A stretch of DNA of 64,000 nt, taken from IMG/VR virus record IMGVR_UViG_3300029286_000013. One strand, written 5' to 3'. Positions within the stretch are counted from its first letter, which is position 1. Every line of letters begins with the position of its first letter. Positions 37,848-48,105 of the stretch are shown piece by piece. A program made the position numbers and the translations under genes. The stretch is from a virus. Under the pieces are notes generated by a model. That model saw only the letters and a program-made list of their open reading frames with translations, was not told the origin of the DNA and made no database searches.

Positions 37848-39044
37848 TCACTGAAAAGTAAGATTTTGTACTGCTATTTCCCCAACGTAATCAGCCGCAT
37901 TACCGAAAGATGATGCAGTGTTAGTTAATTCGATATAACCATAACGTGTCATAAATGATACGACTGGTTCGAATGTTGATGGATCTAGAACAACACCACT
38001 GCTCATCAATGGAATGTATGGGCAATAGAATGCTGCCGCGTCAGTTTCGCTTGAACCTTTATAGCCAACTAATACTGGTGTAGTATCAGGAGCATAAGAG
38101 TCAACGAACACACGCATAGCGCCGTTCAATGTACCAACGAACTTAGTGTTAGTTGGAGCTTCGAAAGTACCTTCTGTTGTACGAGCAAACGCTGAAGTAG
38201 TTGCAGATTGCAATACTGTCAATGCGGCGCTAGAAACAACAGCCCAGTTACCTGCGCCACGACGTGTACGTTGGGCAATCAAGTTAGCAACACGGTTGAT
38301 AAGAACAGCTAAGGCAGCGTGTTCGTCACCAACGTAAGTAGCTGTACCTGATACAGTAGCTTGGTTGTATGTATACTCTGTAGATGCTAATGTACGCAAT
38401 GACAATAGAATCTCTTGGTCAATCTCAGCAGTAATCTCTTGTGCAAGAGCTGCCATGATTTCTGCTTCTACGTCAATACCATGTTGAGACTGTGCATCTT
38501 GTGCTGCCTCAAATGTCCAACGTGCTTGCAACTTACGTGACTTAGCTTCAACGGCTTGACGCAAGATTTGAACAGAAATCTGACGACCTCCGTTACCTTC
38601 AAGAGCCGCAGTGTTGTTACCTGTGTAACCTGTTGCAGTTGCATCATTAGATGGCTGACGTGAATATGCTTGAGCAATAGTGAATGGGCTCAATGCTTCT
38701 TGACCAGCAGTAACGCTAGTCTGAGCGGCAGAGTTGTCCACTAAGTTTTGTGCATAACGTACACGTAGTGTATGGATCTGACCTACTGGGCCAGTCATTG
38801 GCTGAACGCCAACCAACTCGTTAGCAATAACAGTTGGCATAACACGACGGATAACTGGAAGAATCACACGGTTTAATGTAGCGATGTTACCAGCAGTAGT
38901 TGTTCCTGCTGAAGATTCAGCAAGTAGTTGTTTCTTAGTATTTTCTAAGATAACACCCATAGTTGAGCGGCGAGTGCCCTTTAAGCCTTCTAACAGAGCT
39001 TCCTTGGTCTCGTCCCAACGGCTTTCTAATAGAACTTTTGACAT
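37848..39044 (-). CDS. gp23: Major capsid protein
   Basis: VGVQPMTGPVGQI, AKSRKLQARWTFEAAQD, GYKGSSE.DA..FYCPYIPL, TRYG. Confidence 0.97.
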   Translation of the reverse strand: MSKVLLESRWDETKEALLEGLKGTRRSTMGVILENTKKQLLAESSAGTTTAGNIATLNRVILPVIRRVMPTVIANELVGVQPMTGPVGQIHTLRVRYAQNLVDNSAAQTSVTAGQEALSPFTIAQAYSRQPSNDATATGYTGNNTAALEGNGGRQISVQILRQAVEAKSRKLQARWTFEAAQDAQSQHGIDVEAEIMAALAQEITAEIDQEILLSLRTLASTEYTYNQATVSGTATYVGDEHAALAVLINRVANLIAQRTRRGAGNWAVVSSAALTVLQSATTSAFARTTEGTFEAPTNTKFVGTLNGAMRVFVDSYAPDTTPVLVGYKGSSETDAAAFYCPYIPLMSSGVVLDPSTFEPVVSFMTRYGYIELTNTASSFGNAADYVGEIAVQNLTFQ

Positions 39045-39074
39045 TTATATTTCTCCTAATCTATGTCTTTTTAA

Positions 39075-40178
39075 TTAAAGCCCTGCCAGACGCTTGATAT
39101 CTATAACGTTATCACGTTGTTCCATATCAACTTCTTGTTTGGCAGCTTTATCCCCTGTAACTTCACTAATCATCTTTGACTCAGTTAAGCTAGACTTTAC
39201 AGCCTTCTTAGTAGAGCCAGTGTTTAGTACGGCTGGTAGATACTTATCGAAAGTAGCTTGCAGTTTACCTGTTTGCACACTTTCTAGTAAGTCCTGCATT
39301 ACTGTTGCTTTTTCCTCATTTAGAGTAGAAAGTAACTCAGTCATAGTTTTCTCACGAATATTAGACTCTTTAATAATACGAACTTCACGTTCTTTTGATT
39401 CAACTAACTTTTTAGTGTTGTTGATTTGTGTAATAGATTCAGCTAGTTGACGTTCTTTATCTTCTAGTTTTTGCATTAGTTTTCTTGTCTCAGCTTTATC
39501 ATTTAAATGAGTAACTGAAAATTCACCTGCAAAGCTTTCAAAAATTCTGCGACCAAAGTTATTTTCTTTAGCAACTTTAATATCTTCTTTCAACTGGCTT
39601 AATTCACCCTTTAACTGTCCTGCTACAGCGATAGACAATTTCTTAGCAGATTCAGCAACAAAACGTGCTTTCAATGCTTCTAATTGTTTACGACCTTCAG
39701 CAACTAACTTAACCTTAGCTTCAACAACTGCCTGTTTATCTTGAGCGAACTCTTTGATTTCACGGGCTAGTGCGTGAACAATAAATTGTTCTAGCTTCTG
39801 TTGACTTTCTTTAGCGATCATACGGTCTGAACGTAGTTCACGGATTTCTTCGGCTAGTTTAGTAACCATAAAATCATTGAATTTTGTAGCAGATTCACGT
39901 AGTTTCATTTGTGCTTTCACACGGTCTTCGTTCATTGCTTGCTTCTCAGAGTGAAATTCTTCAATTTCTTCTGATAGGCTTTCTGTAACCATCTTGTCAA
40001 GGGCTTCTACCATTACGCTTCTGTCATGTTCATAACGTTGTGCGAATTCTTCGTGTAATTCTGCACGGACTTGCTGGCGGGCTTCATTCAATTTAGATTC
40101 CCAGGCTTCATTTAACTGTTGCCCAATATCTTCATTGATTAGTCCACTGTCAAGTAATGGCTTGATAGCATCAAACAT
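39075..40178 (-). CDS. gp22: Prohead core scaffold protein
   Basis: Glu/Lys-rich coiled coil with GRRIFESF; position between gp21 and gp23. Confidence 0.85.
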   Translation of the reverse strand: MFDAIKPLLDSGLINEDIGQQLNEAWESKLNEARQQVRAELHEEFAQRYEHDRSVMVEALDKMVTESLSEEIEEFHSEKQAMNEDRVKAQMKLRESATKFNDFMVTKLAEEIRELRSDRMIAKESQQKLEQFIVHALAREIKEFAQDKQAVVEAKVKLVAEGRKQLEALKARFVAESAKKLSIAVAGQLKGELSQLKEDIKVAKENNFGRRIFESFAGEFSVTHLNDKAETRKLMQKLEDKERQLAESITQINNTKKLVESKEREVRIIKESNIREKTMTELLSTLNEEKATVMQDLLESVQTGKLQATFDKYLPAVLNTGSTKKAVKSSLTESKMISEVTGDKAAKQEVDMEQRDNVIDIKRLAGL

Positions 40179-40180
40179 GC

Positions 40181-40822
40181 TTATTCCCCTTTGTTAATTT
40201 TGAGATCCTTGATAAGGCGCATTACTTCCTCTTTCAAGTACTTCTCTACTTTCTTGTCGCCTCTTGCGTCCTTTGCAATATCCAACAATTTATGACCATG
40301 ACGCATATTCATCATACCTTCATAGATTGCTTTAGGATACGCATTTGGTGCGCTAGGTTGTGCAACAATATCCACGGTGACTATTTCAAAGTCACTTACT
40401 TTGCCGTTCATGTCGTCAACGTTTCCGCTTCCACGACTTGATACGCCGAGTTTCACACCACTCTCCAACATAGTTTTAACTAATTCACCCATTGGAGTTG
40501 GTAAAATCTTTAATTTGCCGAAGCCATTAGCTCCGTCCATCCACATAGATGTAATCATATGTGATACACGGTCTAAGTTAATCTTTAAATCGTCTGGGTG
40601 ATCTACTTCACCTAATACTGAGTAGCCACTTGTAATTTGTTCGTTAAGAGTACCGACGGCAGTTTCAATTTCAGATACGGGGTAAACACGCTCATTAGCG
40701 TTCTTTACCCCACCCTGAATGAAGATTCCCTTCATATAAAGGTTCTTCTTGTCGCCTTCACTGACAGACTCAACCACCATACCTGCGCGGTCAAATGTCA
40801 AGTGCTCTTTAAGATAAGCCAT
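40181..40822 (-). CDS. gp21: Prohead protease
   Basis: GIFIQ...NANERVYP, GEVDHP, GVSSRGSG, DIVAQPSAPNAY. Confidence 0.95.
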   Translation of the reverse strand: MAYLKEHLTFDRAGMVVESVSEGDKKNLYMKGIFIQGGVKNANERVYPVSEIETAVGTLNEQITSGYSVLGEVDHPDDLKINLDRVSHMITSMWMDGANGFGKLKILPTPMGELVKTMLESGVKLGVSSRGSGNVDDMNGKVSDFEIVTVDIVAQPSAPNAYPKAIYEGMMNMRHGHKLLDIAKDARGDKKVEKYLKEEVMRLIKDLKINKGE

Positions 40823-40837
40823 TTTCTCTCAGATTCC

Positions 40838-41656
40838 TTAAATGCGTCTTTTAGTAGTAGTTCTACGTGACTCTGCTACTGGACTACGAACTTTACCTGC
40901 TTCGTCTTTAGTGACTGGCTTAGGTGCGGCTGTTAAGTCTGCATTGTTTTGTGCTGGTGCATTTTTCCACTTGTTAGCATCTTTTACAGATGATTCACCT
41001 TTAGTGTATGCATTACTAGGGCCTTTTGGTCCTGTTGGAACTGATTCACTAGAACCACTGAACTTAACTGGTCTAGAATCCATTCCAGCTTGACCGCTGT
41101 TAGCGTCTACTGTGCTCTTATTTTGAACACCATTGTCACCGTGAGTAACAGAAACTTTCTTCAATGTGATAGCTTCCATCATTGCATCTTCTTCATCATC
41201 GGCTGCACCAAAGTCAGCGTCAGCATCAGACATATCATCTTCAGCGTCAGCCATGTCATCGTCAGCTTCAACTTCATCGTCATCACCAGCCATGATATCT
41301 TCAAATTCAGCCATTAATTGGTCTAATTTATCTTCTAGGTCAACAACACGGTCTTCTAAATCTTCTTCACCATCCATATCATCTTCACCGGCTTCAATGT
41401 CGATTACTTCATCTTCATCAGAATCAAACTCTAAGTCGTCATCTTCACCTTCAGCCATACCTTGTTCTTCAACATCGATCTCGTCAAGTAGATCACCTAC
41501 TTGACCGCCCATGCCTTCACCCATTTCATCATCCATCATTCCCTCATAGATTTCGCGGCTTTTCTCAACTACGATATCGTGAAATAATGCACGTGCTTGT
41601 TCTTCATTCTCATTGATAATTAAATCAATAAGTTGTTCAAATTTTTTATTGTCCAT
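40838..41656 (-). CDS. Highly acidic prohead core-like protein (positional gp67/68 analogue)
   Basis: Asp/Glu-rich; lies between portal and protease. Confidence 0.55.
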   Translation of the reverse strand: MDNKKFEQLIDLIINENEEQARALFHDIVVEKSREIYEGMMDDEMGEGMGGQVGDLLDEIDVEEQGMAEGEDDDLEFDSDEDEVIDIEAGEDDMDGEEDLEDRVVDLEDKLDQLMAEFEDIMAGDDDEVEADDDMADAEDDMSDADADFGAADDEEDAMMEAITLKKVSVTHGDNGVQNKSTVDANSGQAGMDSRPVKFSGSSESVPTGPKGPSNAYTKGESSVKDANKWKNAPAQNNADLTAAPKPVTKDEAGKVRSPVAESRRTTTKRRI

Positions 41657-41706
41657 TGTTTGTCTCCTGAATGTAAATGGCTTTGTAGAGTTATTTAGTG
41701 GGTATC

Positions 41707-41738
41707 AAAAAAAATAGCACAATAAGTGCTATTTTTTT
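41707..41738. terminator. Bidirectional terminator
   Basis: A8-TAGCAC-AATAA-GTGCTA-T7. Confidence 0.8.
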
Positions 41739-41760
41739 ACGTTTTTGTTTAAACTACTCG

Positions 41761-41985
41761 TTAAACTGTTGGTGCACCTTCTGCTTTGGGTGCATATTGT
41801 TGATGTATCTTTTTAAGATAATTGACTTTTTCATAATTACGTACATCATTCATCTTACGTAATTTGCGAATCTGTTTTAATGTTAACTTTGTTTTACGGC
41901 TTTCTCTCCACTTTGGTTGACTGTTATCAGCACTTACGTCTTGATAACCTGCTGTAGCTGGATCGAACATTTCAAACAGTTTCAT
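41761..41985 (-). CDS. Small basic head-module protein
   Basis: RKTKLTLKQIRKLRK; AGGA RBS; GATAAATA upstream. Confidence 0.6.
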   Translation of the reverse strand: MKLFEMFDPATAGYQDVSADNSQPKWRESRKTKLTLKQIRKLRKMNDVRNYEKVNYLKKIHQQYAPKAEGAPTV

Positions 41986-42086
41986 TTGGTATTTCCTATA
42001 ATGTATTTATCACCGAAATGAATAAATAAAAGTGTAGTTCGCGGCTGGCAGGCCCAACTACTCTAATGCTTAAAAGAGCAATCAGT

Positions 42087-42656
42087 ATGAATATTTATCT
42101 ATATAAGAAAACTCACAACATAACCGAGTTACAGTATTTAGGCAAAACAACAAAAGATCCATTCAAATATAAAGGATCAGGTGACTATTGGGTTTCACAT
42201 ATCAAAAAACATGGGTATGATGTCACTACTGAAATCATTAAAGAATGTCAAACTAATGATGAAGTAAAATATTGGGGTTTGTATTACAGTAATTTATGGA
42301 ATGTAGTTGATGACCCAAATTGGGCTAACATGAGACCTGAAGAGGGTAGCGGCGGGGCTACTAGAACCGGGACAACACAATCAAGTAATATGAAGGAAAA
42401 GGTTAGTGGACAAAATCATTATACTAAAAAGAATGGTTATGATTTAACTAATCATCATAACAAAGAATGTGACAAAAGAGGACCAAAAAATTCTAGATAT
42501 GATCCAACTATATATAAATTTGAAAATATACAAACTAATCAACTTGAATTCTCTACTAGATATAATTTAGCAAAAAAATATAATTTAAATTTAGGTAATC
42601 TAAGTAAAGTATTCAGCGGTAAATATAAACACTGCGGTGGTTGGAAACTTATCTAA
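42087..42656 (+). mobile_element. GIY-YIG (Seg-like) homing endonuclease with C-terminal NUMOD1-like domain
   Basis: IYLY..TH.IT.LQYLGKT...YKGSG, WAN..PE.G.GG, C-terminal HTH plus GGWK; antisense to the head operon. Confidence 0.82.
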
Positions 42657-44450
42657 TTACATGCCCGTGCCACCTGGCGCTGGCATATTCTGTCCTGGTT
42701 GAGCTTGTCCTGGTACTGGTACTTGACCGGCTGCCGCTAGTGATGGATCCATTGGCATTTCTTCTGCGGCAGTAGCATCTTCACCTGTTTGCATATCAGT
42801 TTCAATATCCCCAACCGATACACCAATTCCACGTAAATCACTACCTTGTGGTTCAATGTTAATCTCTTTGTCATTTTCTTCACGCCACATTTTTTCGTTT
42901 TTAGCGATTTCTTCTTCAGTTAGTCCCAAGAAGCGTTCCATAGCAAAACGTTTACTGATATATGGATAAGCTTCAACTGCTGTAAATGAACCCATACGTG
43001 CTGTATCTAGTTCACTTTGACGATAGGCTGCAAAGTTTTGTGGTGGATTAAATGTTAAGTTAAACAATCCACTGTCAATATTCAATCCTCTCCAGCGTAA
43101 GAATAACTTGAATTCTTCATCAAGTTTTCTAACCATATAATTCTGTAATCGTTCGCAATATTGATTGAAACGGAACTCTTGAATCATAGCGGTACCAACA
43201 CGACCATCACTCATAGGAGTAACATTGTCATCAGGACCAGTAGGTAAATAACTACTTGGAACACGTAGTCCACGTGCTAATCTATTATTGAAATAACGCA
43301 AGTCATCAATCTCACCCAAATTCTGTCCACCGGGTAGTAAATCAACACTTGAACCACGACCATCAGCAGTAACTGGGAAGAAGTAATCTTCGTTCATACT
43401 TAATGGATTGTATGTTGCATCAACCATACTGCCACCACCGTGTGTGCTTGGGATACGTCTTTGATGAATTTCATTCTTAATACGTTCAACGAATGCCATA
43501 GCCATATGACTTGGCATATTACCAACGTCAATCTTAAACACTCTACGTTCAGGTGCTCGTTGTACACGATAGATAAGAACCGCGTCTTCTAATAGTTCTT
43601 TTTGCTTATAAACTTTAAAAATGTTCTCTAAAATACTTTGTCCAAAAGGCCAAAAACGATCCAAACCTTCTGTTAAACTTAAATGAACAACGTGTTTAGA
43701 ATCAATAGCGGCTTCATTAAATCCTAAACTGAAACGACTACCAGTTGTATTATAAGGCATACTTGGAACAGTATATCCACCACCTCCGCCAGTTCCGCCA
43801 CCACCTGTACCACCTAATCCAGTTGCTGGATTAGCGGCAAAGTCTGTATTTGTTTTCTGTGCTACAACTAAGTTTTCTAAGTTAATGTTTAAGTCTTTGA
43901 TAACATATTGTTCAGGCTTTTTACCTTCACTTTCGTTAACAATAACTTTAATAACTTTGGTCATATCAACCCAGTATAATTTAAAGTTTTCTGGGTCACG
44001 AACAAAAACCTGATCCCCGTACTTTAAACAGTTCCTAAAGATTTTAAAGATACGTGTTTCCATTTCATTCAACTTACACCATTGTTGTAGTTGAGTTTTT
44101 AATAAATCTACTTCGTGTGGAGTGGGTTCTTCACGCCATTCTAAACTGAATGGTGTCTTATTATGTTCATTCTTTTGTGTACTGAATTCTGAAATAATAT
44201 CTAAACAAGCATTAATTTCAGCGTCTACATCCATCATTTCATATTGATTATAACGTTCAATACGATTTGGGTGACCCGTATATACTTCTGGTAAACGACT
44301 ACCATAGTTTTTGTAACCAAAGTCTTGATTGCTATAGTTGGTAGCTGAATTTTGTCCAGGACCATTCCAAGCGCCAGTGACACTACCGCCACCTAATGGG
44401 CTCATCTGTCCCGATTGATTAACTCTAGTAAAGTGTTTTTTGTATGTCAT
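42657..44450 (-). CDS. gp20: Portal vertex protein
   Basis: LLEDAVLIYRVQRAPERRVFKIDVGNMP, EDYFFP...GRGS.V..LPGGQNLGEIDD. Confidence 0.96.
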   Translation of the reverse strand: MTYKKHFTRVNQSGQMSPLGGGSVTGAWNGPGQNSATNYSNQDFGYKNYGSRLPEVYTGHPNRIERYNQYEMMDVDAEINACLDIISEFSTQKNEHNKTPFSLEWREEPTPHEVDLLKTQLQQWCKLNEMETRIFKIFRNCLKYGDQVFVRDPENFKLYWVDMTKVIKVIVNESEGKKPEQYVIKDLNINLENLVVAQKTNTDFAANPATGLGGTGGGGTGGGGGYTVPSMPYNTTGSRFSLGFNEAAIDSKHVVHLSLTEGLDRFWPFGQSILENIFKVYKQKELLEDAVLIYRVQRAPERRVFKIDVGNMPSHMAMAFVERIKNEIHQRRIPSTHGGGSMVDATYNPLSMNEDYFFPVTADGRGSSVDLLPGGQNLGEIDDLRYFNNRLARGLRVPSSYLPTGPDDNVTPMSDGRVGTAMIQEFRFNQYCERLQNYMVRKLDEEFKLFLRWRGLNIDSGLFNLTFNPPQNFAAYRQSELDTARMGSFTAVEAYPYISKRFAMERFLGLTEEEIAKNEKMWREENDKEINIEPQGSDLRGIGVSVGDIETDMQTGEDATAAEEMPMDPSLAAAGQVPVPGQAQPGQNMPAPGGTGM

Positions 44451-44474
44451 AATATAGGTCTATTCAGTATTTAG

Positions 44475-47204
44475 TTAAGCTTTTGAATACTGTAATAATT
44501 CACTTTGTATGCTATTGCTATCGGATTGGGCATCAATGAAGTTATCCATTTTTTCTACGAACATTTTCATCAACTCAATCATTTCAGCATTTGAAGAAAT
44601 TATATTTTCTGTAGTTGAATTATTAGTAGATGTATTAAATTCTTTTGCCATATCTGACACTGAAGTTTTAGATAACTTAGTAAGGATAGAGTCAGGATCC
44701 AACGGTGCTACTATTTCAGGTCCATGAAATGTCGCTTCTACTGGGTATCCAGAAGACGGCCCACTAACCATAGCTCCGTTTCTAGCTTGAAAGTGAACCG
44801 GGTCACCTGGAACTTTTTGTGATAACCCTTGTTTATTAAATGCGGCAACAGCAATTGGATCTTTATAGTTTTGAATATCAACTGCTTGACCTTTTTCGTG
44901 AAGACTACGGCCGGGTTTACCTACAGCCATTCCAGTAGGGCCTCGTCCAGGTCTGCCGGCTGCTACTGTTTCGTCATATAGTCTTTGCTGATCCTCTGAT
45001 GCTCTTTTTGCACTATTAATCATTATCATATTGCCAGTAACCGCATTATATTCAGTAGCGGCTGCAATTACTGCATCTTTAAAAGTAGAATCTAATCCTT
45101 CAAAATTCTCTTTACTTCCGGAGCCAGTTCCAAACTTTAGTATTTTACCTAGATCGACTGCTTTTGCTGACGCAGTTTTATCTTCAGAACCTTCCGGTGG
45201 TTGTGGCGTTGGTTTTGCTCCTCTATTACCTTCATTACCCATTGCTACTGGAGTTGCCGCTGGCGCAGAACTACTACTAAATATTTTTTCTCTATTTTGA
45301 TATATACCCACACCGGTGCCTACTAATCCGCCTACTGCGGCTCCAACAGGTCCTAGCATGGCTCCCATACCCGCACCAGTTGCTGCCGAACTTGCTACGT
45401 CTAGTGCCGTACCTGTTTTCTCGTAACCTTTTTCATTAGCATATTCTGCACCTTTACCAAGTGTGTATCCAGCTACCGCACCTGCTACACCTCCACCAAG
45501 TCTTTTAAGAACACTCGGTTTACCTTTACCTTTACCACCGTCACTATCAGGCATAGTAGATGTACCTAATACTTTTCCTATTGCACCTTTAGCGCCAATG
45601 GCTGCTAATGCGGCTGCGGCAGCTAATGCGGCTACGGTTAATGCAGTTACCGCTGTTGTTAAACTATTAAATCCAGACAATAAAGGATTGACTGCAACTA
45701 ATCCTCTCTCTAATGCTTTGTTAAACTCAATAGTTGTAGTTGTTACTGCGTTTCTAGCTTTTTGTGCAGGATCTTCTGCAGTGGTTTCACCTGTCTTACC
45801 TTCACTTGGTTTAGCTATCCCTCTTTTAGCGGCAGCTTCAGCTTCTTTTTCGTTTCTCTCAACAACACGACCTGTATTTAATATTAGTTCTTTGTTTAGA
45901 CCTAATGTTTTTCCTAATTCTTCTCCACCAAACTGTAAACTAGTTTCAAAGTTACCTAATTTTTCAGTTACTTTTGTTTTTACAGTTTCCGCAGTGTTAT
46001 TGAATAAATCAGCAACCTCTTCTCCTGGTTTTGCTTTCTTAAGTTTAGCCGCAAGTTCAGTTGCATCTATACCTAATTGTGCAATTCCTTTAGTAGATTC
46101 ATCGTATGCACCGGTTCGTGCTACTTTTGCTAATTGTAAACCTGTCTCTTCACCAAATCGTGCTGTTGCATCTGTGATAAACTGTTCCCTAGCTTTTTGC
46201 TCATCTTTTAATGCCTGAGCCTCTGCTAGTCTACCTTCTTGTGTTAATTGACGAATCTTGTCATCTTCAACTCTAGTTCTGACAACTTCTTCATATTGCA
46301 TCTTAGCAAGTTGCTGATCCTTTGCAATTTTATCAGCATCTTTGCCCGTTAATGCACTTAATCGTAATAAGTTTTCAGTATATTCTAATGATGATTTACG
46401 TAATTTATCTGCATCTTTTGCTTGAGTAACTAGTGACTTACCTGACATACCTTGCAAGGCAATGTATTCAGCTTGCTTACCCATTAATTCTTCTTGACTT
46501 ATACCTAATCTCTGAAATGCTTCACGTTCGCTGTTTGTTACAGCTAATAACTTAGCAAAAGATTCTTGTCCTTTAGCAGTTGTAGTTCCCAAACCAACAA
46601 TTCCATCGCCGGCTTTACGTAATGCTTTTGGTAGTAAATTCCACTGTTCATTACTCAAGCCAATACTGATGCTCATCTCTGCTATTTGTTTAGCAGTGAA
46701 GGCTCCAGCAGAACCCATCTTGTTAAATTCATCAGTTACCTTAAGGGCGTTATCTGCTTGAACTGTAGCTAATTGTGCTACTTTGGTTGCACCTTTAATT
46801 AATCCACCAATGATTAATCCAACTGCGCCAAAGTTTTTACCTAAAGCTAATGCGGCATCACCTGCATTACCTAATGCCCCGTTGAACTTACCAAACTCAG
46901 TGGATGTATTCATCATCGCACTAGTAAAATCTTTTAGTGCTGATACAGCCGAGGCATCAGCGGTAGCCCTGTTAGCGTCGGCGGCGGCTTTTTTCTTCTG
47001 TGCGTTAATATAAGATTGTTCTAACTCAGTCATGCCTTTAACAGCATTAGCGTGTTTGTTTAGTGCGTCTTGAACTTTAGTAGAACCTGATGCAACTCCT
47101 GTTAATTGTCCTAAACCGGTAATAAGTGCCGGCATGACATTATTCAACTCACGCATTGATTCATTGAATTGTCTAATCGATTCCGGATCTAAATTTTCTG
47201 CCAT
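44475..47204 (-). CDS. Tape-measure-like protein with C-terminal M15 (D,D-peptidase-type) domain
   Basis: Long Ala-rich helical region, glycine zipper, then SAKR..Q..LY...PGRSLHEKGQAVDI...DPVHFQ. Confidence 0.7.
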   Translation of the reverse strand: MAENLDPESIRQFNESMRELNNVMPALITGLGQLTGVASGSTKVQDALNKHANAVKGMTELEQSYINAQKKKAAADANRATADASAVSALKDFTSAMMNTSTEFGKFNGALGNAGDAALALGKNFGAVGLIIGGLIKGATKVAQLATVQADNALKVTDEFNKMGSAGAFTAKQIAEMSISIGLSNEQWNLLPKALRKAGDGIVGLGTTTAKGQESFAKLLAVTNSEREAFQRLGISQEELMGKQAEYIALQGMSGKSLVTQAKDADKLRKSSLEYTENLLRLSALTGKDADKIAKDQQLAKMQYEEVVRTRVEDDKIRQLTQEGRLAEAQALKDEQKAREQFITDATARFGEETGLQLAKVARTGAYDESTKGIAQLGIDATELAAKLKKAKPGEEVADLFNNTAETVKTKVTEKLGNFETSLQFGGEELGKTLGLNKELILNTGRVVERNEKEAEAAAKRGIAKPSEGKTGETTAEDPAQKARNAVTTTTIEFNKALERGLVAVNPLLSGFNSLTTAVTALTVAALAAAAALAAIGAKGAIGKVLGTSTMPDSDGGKGKGKPSVLKRLGGGVAGAVAGYTLGKGAEYANEKGYEKTGTALDVASSAATGAGMGAMLGPVGAAVGGLVGTGVGIYQNREKIFSSSSAPAATPVAMGNEGNRGAKPTPQPPEGSEDKTASAKAVDLGKILKFGTGSGSKENFEGLDSTFKDAVIAAATEYNAVTGNMIMINSAKRASEDQQRLYDETVAAGRPGRGPTGMAVGKPGRSLHEKGQAVDIQNYKDPIAVAAFNKQGLSQKVPGDPVHFQARNGAMVSGPSSGYPVEATFHGPEIVAPLDPDSILTKLSKTSVSDMAKEFNTSTNNSTTENIISSNAEMIELMKMFVEKMDNFIDAQSDSNSIQSELLQYSKA

Positions 47205-47274
47205 GTTTTTTACCCACTAAATATTATGTAGTATTTAGTATCAGGCAAACACCCATTTTATATCAAGGACAACA

Positions 47275-48105
47275 ATGACTATCCAAAACAACCCATTAAA
47301 GCAATATTTCCGTAGACCTTCAATTTATTTGAAACTACCTAGCGGTGGTAAGTTGTATCCACCAGGTGTAGTAACTATTCCAGAGTCTGGTGAATTACCT
47401 GTATATCCCATGACAGCAATTGACGAGATTAGTGCAAAAACACCGGATGCGTTGTATAACGGTACTGCTATGGCTGATATTATTAAAAGTTGTATACCGG
47501 ATATTAAAGATCCTTGGGCTATTAATAGTATTGACTTAGATGCTGTGTTGATTGCTATTCGTTCAGCGGCAGGTGGAAACGATATGTCTATTTCATCTGA
47601 ATGCCCAAGTTGTAAAGAAATAGCTGACTACGCTGTAAATCTAGTAGGTATACTAAGTCAGCTTAAAGCAGCCGATTATGAAAAAGAATTAACTATAAAT
47701 GACTTATCTATTAAGTTTAGACCATTGACTTACAAAGAAATGAATGAAGCTGGAACTACTCAACTTGAAGCACAACGTATTTTTCTAACATTAGAAAAAG
47801 AAGAAAATGAGGCAATACGTGCAAGTAGAACTCAAGAGGCACTAAAATTTATTACTGATGTAACTATGAGAATACTATCACAGACTATTACTCATATAAG
47901 AACTCCTAGCGCATATGTAGAAGAACGTGAATATATTTTAGATTTTTTAAAGAATTGTGATAGAGATACATATGTTTCTATCAGAGACTATAATGCTGAA
48001 TTAAAGGCACAGACTGAAATTAAACCATTAAAAATTAAATGTATACATTGCCAAAATGAATATAGTCAACAATTTACACTGAACACATCTGATTTTTTCG
48101 GATAA
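47275..48105 (+). CDS. Baseplate hub assembly protein, gp26-like
   Basis: YLKLPSGG...PMTAIDEI, DLDAVLIAIR.A..G, CPSC, FRPLTY, CIHC, ends DFFG. Confidence 0.8.
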   Translation: MTIQNNPLKQYFRRPSIYLKLPSGGKLYPPGVVTIPESGELPVYPMTAIDEISAKTPDALYNGTAMADIIKSCIPDIKDPWAINSIDLDAVLIAIRSAAGGNDMSISSECPSCKEIADYAVNLVGILSQLKAADYEKELTINDLSIKFRPLTYKEMNEAGTTQLEAQRIFLTLEKEENEAIRASRTQEALKFITDVTMRILSQTITHIRTPSAYVEEREYILDFLKNCDRDTYVSIRDYNAELKAQTEIKPLKIKCIHCQNEYSQQFTLNTSDFFG

